From NCBI GenBank assembly GCA_016180755.1, contig JACPAO010000072.1:1-50034 (forward strand): DNA of 50,034 bases. The letters are read 5' to 3'. Origin of the DNA: Methanobacteriota archaeon. Its GTDB lineage: Archaea; Thermoplasmatota; E2; JACPAO01. Of this stretch, positions 24,868 to 32,464 are shown one piece after another. The position numbers and the translations under genes were made by a program. The notes beneath the pieces were generated by a model that had not been told where the DNA came from, did not search any database, and saw nothing but the letters and a program-made list of their open reading frames with translations. Positions within the stretch are counted from its first letter, which is position 1, and each line of letters begins with the position of its first letter.

Positions 24868-27177
24868 ATGCCGGGCCGTCGACGCCTTCTCATCACCGCC
24901 TTGGGCCTCGTCGTTGGCCTCCTCGCTGGGGGTACCGCCTCCGCTTGCCACGGTTTCCTCACGACGACGCCCCCCGGCCAAGTCCCCAACTACAACCACG
25001 GCGAGGACTTCGGGTTCCGGGTCTACCTCGAGGCGGACGGCGCGGCGACCGGGCCCCACCTCTCGACGAACCCCGCCGCGGCGGCGACGGACGCGTACAC
25101 GCATGGCGACGCGGCGGCCGGCCTCGCGGCGGCCGCCGGGAGCGCCGCGGGCGCGAAGCCGGCGCCGATCGTGTTCTCGCTTCGCAACCCGCTCGACAAG
25201 CCGCTCTGGTTCAACCTCTCGAAACCCATCGTCGGGATCTTCTGGTTCTCGTCGGCGACGCTCCAGACGGCCTCGCCGCGCGACCACTCGTACTTCCGCG
25301 TGGAGCTCTTTGTGAACGAACAGCGGCTCGGCGGGGAGGACTGCTACACGATCGCGTCGACGACCGCGAACGCCTGGACGCCGGGCACGATGAAGTTCCG
25401 GCCGGAGGCGGCGAAGCTCATGCCCGGGGACGTGCTCCACGTGAAGATCACGCGCTTCGGGAGCCTGTCCGACTTCCGCGTCGGCACGGGAGGGGACCAG
25501 CAGTCCTTCTTCGAGCTTCGCGTCACCTCGTACGACCTCGTGAAGACCGCGATCAGCCTCGAGCGCAACAAGCTCCGGTTCGGGGTCCCCGAGGAGGCCC
25601 CCGCGGGCGGCGAATCGGGGACGCTTTCGGGCGGGGGCGATGCGGGCTCCGTGCCCTTTGGCCTCGCCACGCTCGCGCTTCCGTTCGCCCTCGCGTCGTT
25701 CCCCCGACGCAAAGCGGCGCGCACGGCCCTTCTCGTCGCCCTCGCCTTCGGCGCCGTGGCGTTGGGCGGTTGCCTCAGCGGCTCCGCGAAGTCGGACGCG
25801 GTGCCCGAGGACCCGAACGTCCCGACGCCCACCGTCGAACAGGAGTCCAAGGAGCGCGACGACCTCAAGGAGAAGGGCGTCGGAGCGATCCGCGGCATCG
25901 TGCGCAACGACCTGGGGCTGCCGCTGGCGGGCGCCCACATCGTCCTCATCGGGACGAGCCATTTCGGCTCGACCGACACGAAGGGCGTGTTCGGCTTCCC
26001 GAGCGTCGAGGCCGGCACGTTCAAGCTGCGCGTCGACAAGGACAGGTACCAGGCGCTCGAGCGACCCGTGACGGTCGAGGTCGGCCGCGAGCTCTACCTC
26101 AACATCACCGTCGTCCCCAAGATCCCCCAGTCGGGGAACCAGCGCGAGCACCTCCACGACGTGTGGGGGGACGCGACGTCGATGGAACTCTTCAAGGGCC
26201 AGGTCACGCCGGCGTCGTACCAGGCCTCGGCCCAACTGCAGCCCACGAACAACTACGCGTGCGTCTACTTCTACGCGTGCCTGACCGACGTCCCGATCGA
26301 CGACGGGAAGCCCGTCCTTCCCGGCACGGGCCTCGTCGAGGTGAGCCTCAACTGGAACCCGGAACTCCTCAACATCAACGAGATCGGCCTCGTCGTCACG
26401 ACGCCCAAGGGCTCCTACCGGTACATGGACCTCTGGTACTATCCGGCGACCGACCTCGTCCCGCGCGGCCCCCGCGAGCCTTTCCGGATCCCGATCTTCC
26501 CCGACGAGGCGGACGCAGGCCACCAGGCGTTCACGACGTGGAGCTTCAAGCTCGTCCTCGCGAACACGAAGAGCCTTTACGTCCCGTACCAGGAGGCCGT
26601 CTCGGCGGGCGGCCGCGTCGAGGCGACGATCACGATCCACAAGGGGCACATCGTCCCGGAGCCGCCGCACAAGACGTTCTGGGGCAACGAGACCGAGCGC
26701 GTCATCCTCCAGGAGAGCAAGAAGTCGCTCGCGTGCGCCGGCACCTGCTCGTACCCCAACCCGTCCACGGCGTACATGTGGTACTACAACGACTGGAAGG
26801 TCCTCATCCCGCCGGGCACGAAGCAGATCGTCGGGAAGCTCACGTGGAGCAACACCAACCTCGGCGAGAACCCGGCGCAGAACGACTGGACCATCGCGTA
26901 CAGCGGCGGCGACTCGCCGTACGTCCTCTCCCGGCTCCCCGACGACCTCACACGCGTCCGCGAGAGCAAGCGCGGCGACGCGTTCGTCGAGTTCGTCATC
27001 GACGTCGACCCCGTCGAGGTCGACCAGTTCTACCAGTCGACCTCCAACTGGGACTTCTACCCCGACGACCAGGTGGACAACCTTGCCGGGACCGCGTACA
27101 GCGTCAACACCGGCTACCAGACGAGCCTCTACCTCTCGTTGACGCTCGTCAAGGACCCCGACCACAAGGGCGATTGA
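24868..27177 (+). CDS. Two-module surface protein (769 aa) with an internal PGF-CTERM-like helix followed by a lipobox signal-like helix
   Basis: An N-terminal signal is present. Module 1 spans roughly aa 30-260. It is followed by 'SVPFGLATLALPFALASFPRRKAARTALLVALAFGAVALGGC' (nt 25651-25773). Module 2 consists of a CarboxypepD_reg-like domain ('GAIRGIVRNDLGLPLAGAHIVLIG...GTFKLRVDKDRY') and a large C-terminal domain. Confidence 0.8.
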   Translation: MPGRRRLLITALGLVVGLLAGGTASACHGFLTTTPPGQVPNYNHGEDFGFRVYLEADGAATGPHLSTNPAAAATDAYTHGDAAAGLAAAAGSAAGAKPAPIVFSLRNPLDKPLWFNLSKPIVGIFWFSSATLQTASPRDHSYFRVELFVNEQRLGGEDCYTIASTTANAWTPGTMKFRPEAAKLMPGDVLHVKITRFGSLSDFRVGTGGDQQSFFELRVTSYDLVKTAISLERNKLRFGVPEEAPAGGESGTLSGGGDAGSVPFGLATLALPFALASFPRRKAARTALLVALAFGAVALGGCLSGSAKSDAVPEDPNVPTPTVEQESKERDDLKEKGVGAIRGIVRNDLGLPLAGAHIVLIGTSHFGSTDTKGVFGFPSVEAGTFKLRVDKDRYQALERPVTVEVGRELYLNITVVPKIPQSGNQREHLHDVWGDATSMELFKGQVTPASYQASAQLQPTNNYACVYFYACLTDVPIDDGKPVLPGTGLVEVSLNWNPELLNINEIGLVVTTPKGSYRYMDLWYYPATDLVPRGPREPFRIPIFPDEADAGHQAFTTWSFKLVLANTKSLYVPYQEAVSAGGRVEATITIHKGHIVPEPPHKTFWGNETERVILQESKKSLACAGTCSYPNPSTAYMWYYNDWKVLIPPGTKQIVGKLTWSNTNLGENPAQNDWTIAYSGGDSPYVLSRLPDDLTRVRESKRGDAFVEFVIDVDPVEVDQFYQSTSNWDFYPDDQVDNLAGTAYSVNTGYQTSLYLSLTLVKDPDHKGD

Positions 27178-27289
27178 GCCCCTCCGCGTGCGAAGGTCCA
27201 AGTACGGCGTCCCGGCATCCGGGCGCGCCCACGATGATGACGAACGCCAGCTGATTGTAGCAAGGATGATGAGTAGATGGGCGAGCTGA

Positions 27290-27634
27290 GTGGGCACTTC
27301 TCACGATGCGGGCCCCGGGGCGGCCGGGGTCCGGGTGTCGCGTCGTGGCGGCCGGATCTGGTGCGAGAGCAAGCCGCCCGGAAAGGGCTCGACGTTCGTG
27401 CCGCCGTGCAATTCGCCGTTCCGGACCGCCGGCGTCTCGATCCTCGACGGGCTCAATTCGGGTAACGTCTCCGATGATTCCGAGTCCGCCCTGGTGCAGG
27501 ACGTGCAGGCCGCCATGGCCTGCGACCCATTTCGCGTGATGCCCGTCGTCCTCGGGGCCATGGCCGCGGCAAGCGTCGCGGCCATCGGCGCCGCGGGCGG
27601 AGTCCTTGCTTGGCGACGCCGCCGAAACGGGTGA
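27290..27634 (+). pseudogene. Remnant ORF: histidine-kinase HATPase_c tail plus a PGF-CTERM-like tail
   Basis: 'GGRIWCESKPPGKGSTFV' matches the extreme C-terminus of HATPase_c domains. The frame begins right after a stop, with no kinase body upstream. The ORF ends 'VVLGAMAAASVAAIGAAGGVLAWRRRRNG'. The third codon position is GC-rich, so the frame was coding at some time. Confidence 0.3.
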
Positions 27635-27730
27635 GGCGCCCTGGTTCTAGGGCGGCGCCGACGCGGCGGGGTTGAAGGCCGCCTGTGGACGGCGTATGAG
27701 GCCGCTGCGCGAGGCGGGCACGCCTGGCCG

Positions 27731-28072
27731 TCAGCTCGTCGCGTACCCAAAGAGCCGGTCGTACTCCTTGTGGTCCCCGATCCAGTCGATCCGCGCAATG
27801 TGACCTTCGCCCTGGATGAACAAGACGGTGTAGACGGCGCGGAACCCGTTGGGAAGTTCGAGTCGATTGAGATTCGGGCGGTCCCGGAATGCCTTCGGCC
27901 ACTTGGAGCGTTCGATTGGTTCGCCGAAAGTCGTGTCGGCTTCCAAGGAGGGGCCTTTTGCCACGAGGGCCGTCCAGGCCGTCGCCGCGCGCGGGCGGTC
28001 CTTCCGGTGGCGTTTCATGAAGTCATCCTTCACGCCCTCGAGGATGCGAGCCTTGGCTCGCGTGGGGTTCAC
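27731..28072 (-). CDS. RelE/ParE-superfamily toxin-like protein
   Basis: The C-terminal 'LELPNGFRAVYTVLFIQGEGHIARIDWIGDHKEYDRLFG' fits the RelE/ParE pattern. The GTG start overlaps the upstream stop (GTGA). Confidence 0.55.
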   Translation of the reverse strand: MNPTRAKARILEGVKDDFMKRHRKDRPRAATAWTALVAKGPSLEADTTFGEPIERSKWPKAFRDRPNLNRLELPNGFRAVYTVLFIQGEGHIARIDWIGDHKEYDRLFGYATS

Positions 28073-28356
28073 GCCAAGTCCTCGGCGGGCATATCGGCGA
28101 CGCGTTTCGTCGGGCGCGTGTAGAGAACGCCCTTGGTCCCGACCGCGGCGACCCCGTAGTGGACCAGGGCTTGCACTGCGGCCCTTACGGTCCCGCGTCG
28201 CGTCCGGCGGGCCGCGAGCCGCCGTTCGATTTCCGAAATGGAAAGAGGAAGTGCGTCGCCCTCCTTGGCCTCGCGCTCGAGGACCTGCTCGACCTCGAAG
28301 ACGGTGGCAAGCGTCGGATTGGCCTTCTCGGTGATCGCCTCCCGGGACGTGCTCAT
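28069..28356 (-). CDS. Putative cognate antitoxin / small DNA-binding protein
   Basis: It encodes 95 aa and overlaps the toxin gene by 4 nt. The segment 'SISEIERRLAARRTRRGTVRAAVQALVHYGV' looks like a winged helix. Confidence 0.5.
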   Translation of the reverse strand: MSTSREAITEKANPTLATVFEVEQVLEREAKEGDALPLSISEIERRLAARRTRRGTVRAAVQALVHYGVAAVGTKGVLYTRPTKRVADMPAEDLA

Positions 28357-28377
28357 TGGATACCTATGTGGAGGGTC

Positions 28378-28387
28378 ACATATATGT
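28378..28387 (-). promoter_or_regulatory. Palindromic TATA-like element ACATATATGT, 22-31 nt upstream of the antitoxin ATG
   Basis: This is a perfect 10-nt palindrome flanked by direct GTCAC repeats (ggGTCACatatatgtaGTCACc). It is the only AT-rich stretch upstream of the operon. Confidence 0.45.
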
Positions 28388-28420
28388 AGTCACCGCGTGA
28401 GGCTGGATCGGGGCCGGCGG

Positions 28421-28520
28421 GTCGCGAGCCGCCCGACGGCGCGACCGAAGAGGCTAGAGCGGGGAGCCGTTTCGACGCCGAGCCGGGAAACCGGATTCGC
28501 CGCGCGGCCGTAGTATAGCC
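28421..28520 (+). repeat. Copy A of a ~100-nt imperfect direct repeat: tRNA-Gly upstream region plus the first 17 nt of tRNA-Gly (5' fragment only)
   Basis: The 18-mer cgcggccgtagtatagcc (28503-28520) is identical to 29991-30008. Upstream blocks (gaccgaag, ggcta, gtttcgacg, gccgg-aaacc) are shared in the same order. Sequence after 28520 is unrelated to the tRNA. Confidence 0.7.
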
Positions 28521-28720
28521 CGGGAATCTCACCCGGAAGCCGCCCGAATACCCCCTGGTTTTCCAGCTGGTTCAACGGGCTTCGAAAGGAAATCCGCTTG
28601 TTTGACGGTGGCGAAGGCTGCGATCATTCTGGATGCGAACGGGGGCGGACACGGCCGCCCCGAAGCCCACGACACGACCGCTGATTCCGCGCGCCGGAAG
28701 GTTCTAGTGGGGGCCCCGCG

Positions 28721-29902
28721 GTGGACCCTTCCATGGACCCGCAGGCGCTGGTCAAGGGGCTCGTGGGCGTCTATGGGGTCCTGGTGGGCCTGCCCACCGC
28801 CGCCTTTGCGTTCCTTACGGGACCGGGACGCGGCATCAACCGCCGACTGGCCGCCGTGCTGTTGTTCGACGCCCTAGGAATCGCCTGTTACCGCCTCGTC
28901 TGGTTGGCCCCCAACGAGGCCAGTGCCCACGCCCTCATCGTGATTGGCGCGATGGCCGCGCAGGCGATTCCGTTCGCCTACCTAATGTTCATCGGCCGAG
29001 CGCTCGAGACGCCCCTGGTCCGCCCGTTCCGGGGTGCCGTCGCGCAGATCATCCTCGGATATGGCGCTTGGGCCGGTGCCGTCGCCGCGTTCACTCGCCC
29101 CGACCTTTTCGGCGGCGAACTCCGAGTCCTGGGCCCGGGCTGGATGATGGTCCCCGGCCCCCTCAACCCCCCGGGCGTCGTCGCGATCGGCCTCGTGAGC
29201 CTGTTTGGCCTTTTCGCGACCGCTTCGGCCTGGAGGCGCGCGCCCGTCGGATCCGTTGCGCGACAGCGCGCGGGCTGGCTCTTGCTGGCCTTCGGCGTCA
29301 GGGACGTGGTCATTGTCCTGGTGGCGGTCGCCGTTGCGGTTTTCCCGGTGGTACTGGCGAACCAGATTCTCCTCGCCCTGTTCGTCGTGTACATCTCCCT
29401 CGTCGGGCCGTTGCTCGCCTTCGGCATCCTGAAGTTCCAACTATTTGACATCGCTTTGAAGTTCCGGTTTACGCTCTCCCGCAGTACGCTGCTGGGCATC
29501 TATGGTGCCACGTTCCTCTCTGTGGAGCAGCTCGTCCAGAACCTCGCCAGCGCGGAATTCGGACTCCTGGCCGGGGCAGCCGCCGCCGGGCTTCTTCTGT
29601 TTGCGGTCTCGCCCCTCAACCGGTTCGCGGAACGCGTCGGCGGCGCGGTACTCCCCCACGCCTCCTCGCCCGCCTACCTTCTGCAGCGTCGCTTCGAAGT
29701 GTACCAGGCGGCCGTGGAAGCGGCACTGCCCGGCGGGGTGAGCGAGAAGGAGCGCCGAACCTTGGAGGCGCTGCGAAGGGAACTGGACCTCACCATCGAG
29801 GACGCTCAAAAGATCGAGTCGCGCACGCTAGCACTCGGTTTACCCGCCCTTGAGGACCGGAGCCCGGGTCCGACCGAACCGTCCACCCAAACGACCTTGT
29901 GA
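28721..29902 (+). CDS. Polytopic (about 7 TM) membrane protein with a soluble helical C-terminal tail; sensor-like N-terminal 7TM domain without a kinase
   Basis: Seven or eight hydrophobic helices are present. 'FGILKFQLFDIALKFRF' resembles the end of histidine-kinase N-terminal 7TM domains. The C-terminus is 'GGVSEKERRTLEALRRELDLTIEDAQKIE'. Confidence 0.7.
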   Translation: MDPSMDPQALVKGLVGVYGVLVGLPTAAFAFLTGPGRGINRRLAAVLLFDALGIACYRLVWLAPNEASAHALIVIGAMAAQAIPFAYLMFIGRALETPLVRPFRGAVAQIILGYGAWAGAVAAFTRPDLFGGELRVLGPGWMMVPGPLNPPGVVAIGLVSLFGLFATASAWRRAPVGSVARQRAGWLLLAFGVRDVVIVLVAVAVAVFPVVLANQILLALFVVYISLVGPLLAFGILKFQLFDIALKFRFTLSRSTLLGIYGATFLSVEQLVQNLASAEFGLLAGAAAAGLLLFAVSPLNRFAERVGGAVLPHASSPAYLLQRRFEVYQAAVEAALPGGVSEKERRTLEALRRELDLTIEDAQKIESRTLALGLPALEDRSPGPTEPSTQTTL

Positions 29903-29910
29903 CCAAGAGC

Positions 29911-30008
29911 CACGCGAGCGCCCCGTTCTTGACCGAAGCGGCTAAAACCCAGACCCGTTTCGACGGCGGGCCGGAAACCCGTTTTCCGCTCGCGGCCGTA
30001 GTATAGCC
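29911..30008 (+). repeat. Copy B of the direct repeat (genuine upstream region plus 5' end of tRNA-Gly)
   Basis: See copy A. This copy starts just after the stop (29902) of the 7TM gene and runs into the intact tRNA. Confidence 0.7.
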
Positions 30009-30064
30009 TGGTAGTACACAGCCTTGCCAAGGCTGTTGGCGGGGTTCAAATCCCCGCGGCCGCA
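29992..30064 (+). tRNA. tRNA-Gly (anticodon GCC), 73 nt, no encoded CCA
   Basis: The acceptor stem gcggccg/cggccgc is a perfect 7 bp. The D-arm is gtat-agcctggta-gtac. The anticodon arm is cagcc/ttGCCaa/ggctg. The T-arm is cgggg/ttcaaat/ccccg. The discriminator is A. Confidence 0.95.
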
Positions 30065-30295
30065 CTTCGCCCCTCGGCGTCGACGATGGCTCGTCACGAT
30101 GTGTTCCTCTCGAAACGTGATGCCGGCCCCGAATTCATCGACGCTGGGCCTCTCGGCGTCGGCCGCATGGAAGCGCGGGTGGCCGAGGCCCGCCCGGTGG
30201 CGGCCGTCTGCCACGTCCCAACGGCGCGCTCCCCCCGCCGCGGCGGGACACGCCTCGGCGGGGGACGCGATGGCCTTGGGGGCGGCGCGCCCCCC

Positions 30296-32287
30296 CTACG
30301 AGGGGGCGCGGAACACCCAGAAGCCGGCGATGTTCGAGCCCACGAGGTCGGGCCCGACGGATCCCTTGCCGTGGAAGTAGTCGTTGATGTTGTTCACGCC
30401 GCTCGGGCTGTACGGGCCCATGAGGCCGTAGGTGACGTCGCTGTCCTGGGCGCGCATGGCCATGAGGGCCCAGGCGACCACGACCTTCTTCGGCGAGCTG
30501 CCGTAGCCGAGGAGCGATGCGAATGTGCCGCCCTGTTGGTAGAGGGCGAGGGAAATGCCCTCCACGTCCTGGTCGCGGCTCACCGTCGCGTAGCCTGCTA
30601 GGAGGTGGAGGCCGTGGAACGCGGGCCCCCAACGGTCGCGCAGGGAAACGCCGCCGGCCGTCTCTTGGAGCGGGCCGCACGCCGCGATCATGAGCCACTC
30701 GAGGTCCCCGTTGCCGAACCGTCCTTCCCAGTAGTCGAGGCCCTGGTCGTCGTTGTTGCCCGCAAACCACCAGCCGTAGCCGCTTGCGTGCCCGCTGTAG
30801 AACGTCTGGTCGACGTAGTCTACATACGAGGAGTCCTGTCCGCCGAAGACGGGGTCCTTGAAGTCGACCTCCCAGGCGTCGAAGTCGCCCCAGTAGAACT
30901 GGACCGGTACATTGTTGAGGGCGTGGCCGGCGCCGTACCCGGCCGCGTTCGCGGCAGAGGCCGGAAGGTTCCCTGACCAGCCGACGAATTCGACCCCCAC
31001 GTCGATCCGGCCGGGGAACTGGCCTCGAATGGGCTCCTCGAAGACGCAGCAAGGTGGAATGTCCACGCGGTCGCTTCCCGCCGCCGTTAGGCCGTTCGCG
31101 TCGGTGACGCGCAGCGTGAGGACGTCGTACGTGGTCTGGGTCTTGCCGTTGGCCGAGTACCAAACCTCGTCGCCGTCCCCCGCGGCCTCCGGCGGGATCG
31201 TGAAGAAGAGGCTGCTCCAGTGGAATGTGTAGGGAGGCGTGCCGCCTTTCACGTTCGCTTCCCCGTGGATGCTTGTCCCCTTGAGGTCCGGTTGTGCCTC
31301 GGCGGCCACCTCGACCGTGGGCACGCTTGTGACCGCGGGCACCAGGATGGTGCGCATCTGGATGGGCCCGGAAACGCCCTCCATCGTGCCGTTGCACTCA
31401 AAGTGCGGGTAAAGCGCCTTCACGCCTTGCATGGAAAGGGGCGGCGCGTAGATGACCATCCGGGACTTGATGTCGAACGGGCTCAACTGCTCCCTCACCG
31501 ATCCTTGCCCCCCGAAGGCCGTCGCGCAGACCTCGGGCCCACGGTCCGGGCTGAGCTGGGCGACGCCCGGCCCGGCCTCCGTCCCGCGAAGCGCGTACAG
31601 GACGTGGGTGGGCGTCCCCGCGCCGTCGAAGTTCATCTTGATCTTGGCGCCCGGCCCGACGAGCGGCAGCCCGCCGAGCATGAGGTCGTAGTTGACCTGC
31701 GTGTCCATGGGGATTTTTGAGTTGACGATGATGATCTGGGATTCCGGCCCCGGTGGCTCGACGGGGAGGAACTCCAGCGTGGCGTGCGCCGTCGACGATT
31801 GGGTCCCCTCGGGCATGAGTCCGGCCCGCGTCAGGGCGTCGTTCGCGCGCTGCATCGCGTCCTCCTGGGGATATACGGGCATGTTCCGAAGGGCCTCGAA
31901 GTCGAAACGCTCGGGCATCGTCTCCGTCCCCTCCTCGTTGGGCCCCGCGGTCGGGTCGTCGGGAGCGGGGATCGTCGGCACGTGCTGGAAGCGCTCCTCG
32001 TCAAAGTACACGAGCGTGCCGTCAGGCGTCTGCGGGATCTCCGCGAGGCCCAACCCCGACGCCAAGGCGGCCGCCTCCGCGGAGGTCGGGCCCTGCGAGA
32101 CGACCGCGAAGGACTGTCCGCGGCAGAACGGCGGAGGATTGGGCTTTCCCTGCGTGTGCTCGCACGCGGCCATCGCGTTCGAGTTGGGCTGCGGGCTTGG
32201 CCCCGCGTTGATCGTGGGGAGCCACAGGGCCCCGACCATCACGAAAACCAGCGTCGTCGCCATCCATCCCAGACCGTTGGACCGCAT
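30296..32287 (-). CDS. Secreted multidomain protein; PKD/SprB-like Ig repeat and a C-terminal domain with a possible His/Cys (clan-CD-like) dyad
   Basis: The ATG at 32287 gives the signal anchor 'MRSNGLGWMATTLVFVMVGALWL'. 'GGTPPYTFHWSS...LTLRVTDANGLTAAG' looks like a PKD/SprB repeat. 'FYSGHASGYGWWF' and 'WLMIAACGPL' are candidate catalytic motifs by inference only. Confidence 0.7.
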   Translation of the reverse strand: MRSNGLGWMATTLVFVMVGALWLPTINAGPSPQPNSNAMAACEHTQGKPNPPPFCRGQSFAVVSQGPTSAEAAALASGLGLAEIPQTPDGTLVYFDEERFQHVPTIPAPDDPTAGPNEEGTETMPERFDFEALRNMPVYPQEDAMQRANDALTRAGLMPEGTQSSTAHATLEFLPVEPPGPESQIIIVNSKIPMDTQVNYDLMLGGLPLVGPGAKIKMNFDGAGTPTHVLYALRGTEAGPGVAQLSPDRGPEVCATAFGGQGSVREQLSPFDIKSRMVIYAPPLSMQGVKALYPHFECNGTMEGVSGPIQMRTILVPAVTSVPTVEVAAEAQPDLKGTSIHGEANVKGGTPPYTFHWSSLFFTIPPEAAGDGDEVWYSANGKTQTTYDVLTLRVTDANGLTAAGSDRVDIPPCCVFEEPIRGQFPGRIDVGVEFVGWSGNLPASAANAAGYGAGHALNNVPVQFYWGDFDAWEVDFKDPVFGGQDSSYVDYVDQTFYSGHASGYGWWFAGNNDDQGLDYWEGRFGNGDLEWLMIAACGPLQETAGGVSLRDRWGPAFHGLHLLAGYATVSRDQDVEGISLALYQQGGTFASLLGYGSSPKKVVVAWALMAMRAQDSDVTYGLMGPYSPSGVNNINDYFHGKGSVGPDLVGSNIAGFWVFRAPS

Positions 32288-32464
32288 GTTGCCACCTGGC
32301 CACCATCCATACGTCGACCCGATTATAGCCGGACCAGAGGCCGCACGAAAAGGAGCTTTCCACCGCGCTCGTATGCGCGCGGCGGAAAGTCGGTTTCCCC
32401 GATGAAAGGAACTCTCGCCCTGCACCTGACGCGCTTACATCTCGGGAATCGTTCATCGTTCCCG

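Noticed and set aside
24771-27297. 827-aa plus-strand ORF (24771-27254) and 814-aa minus-strand ORF (24853-27297) overlapping the 769-aa surface protein gene
   Set aside because: Both are Arg/Gly/Pro/Asp-rich with no domain signatures. The 24868-27177 frame has a signal peptide, recognisable domains and paralogs elsewhere in the window.
27635-27660. Imperfect inverted repeat ggcgccct...agggcggcgcc after the remnant ORF
   Set aside because: It is short, imperfect and made of GC-rich sequence that forms such pairings by chance. No T-tract follows.
28503-28600. The tRNA-Gly 5' fragment, considered as half of a split or intron-containing tRNA
   Set aside because: No complementary 3' acceptor strand (cggccgc), T-arm or anticodon arm follows within 100 nt. 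After nt 28520 the sequence is unrelated to the tRNA.
31784-32464. Upstream extensions of real genes: the subtilisin ORF from 31784, the proS ORF from 36183, the nucleotidyltransferase from 18378 and the asparaginase ORF from 44342
   Set aside because: The extensions are low-complexity, overlap the neighbouring gene on the opposite strand, and precede an internal start that gives a canonical N-terminus or signal peptide.
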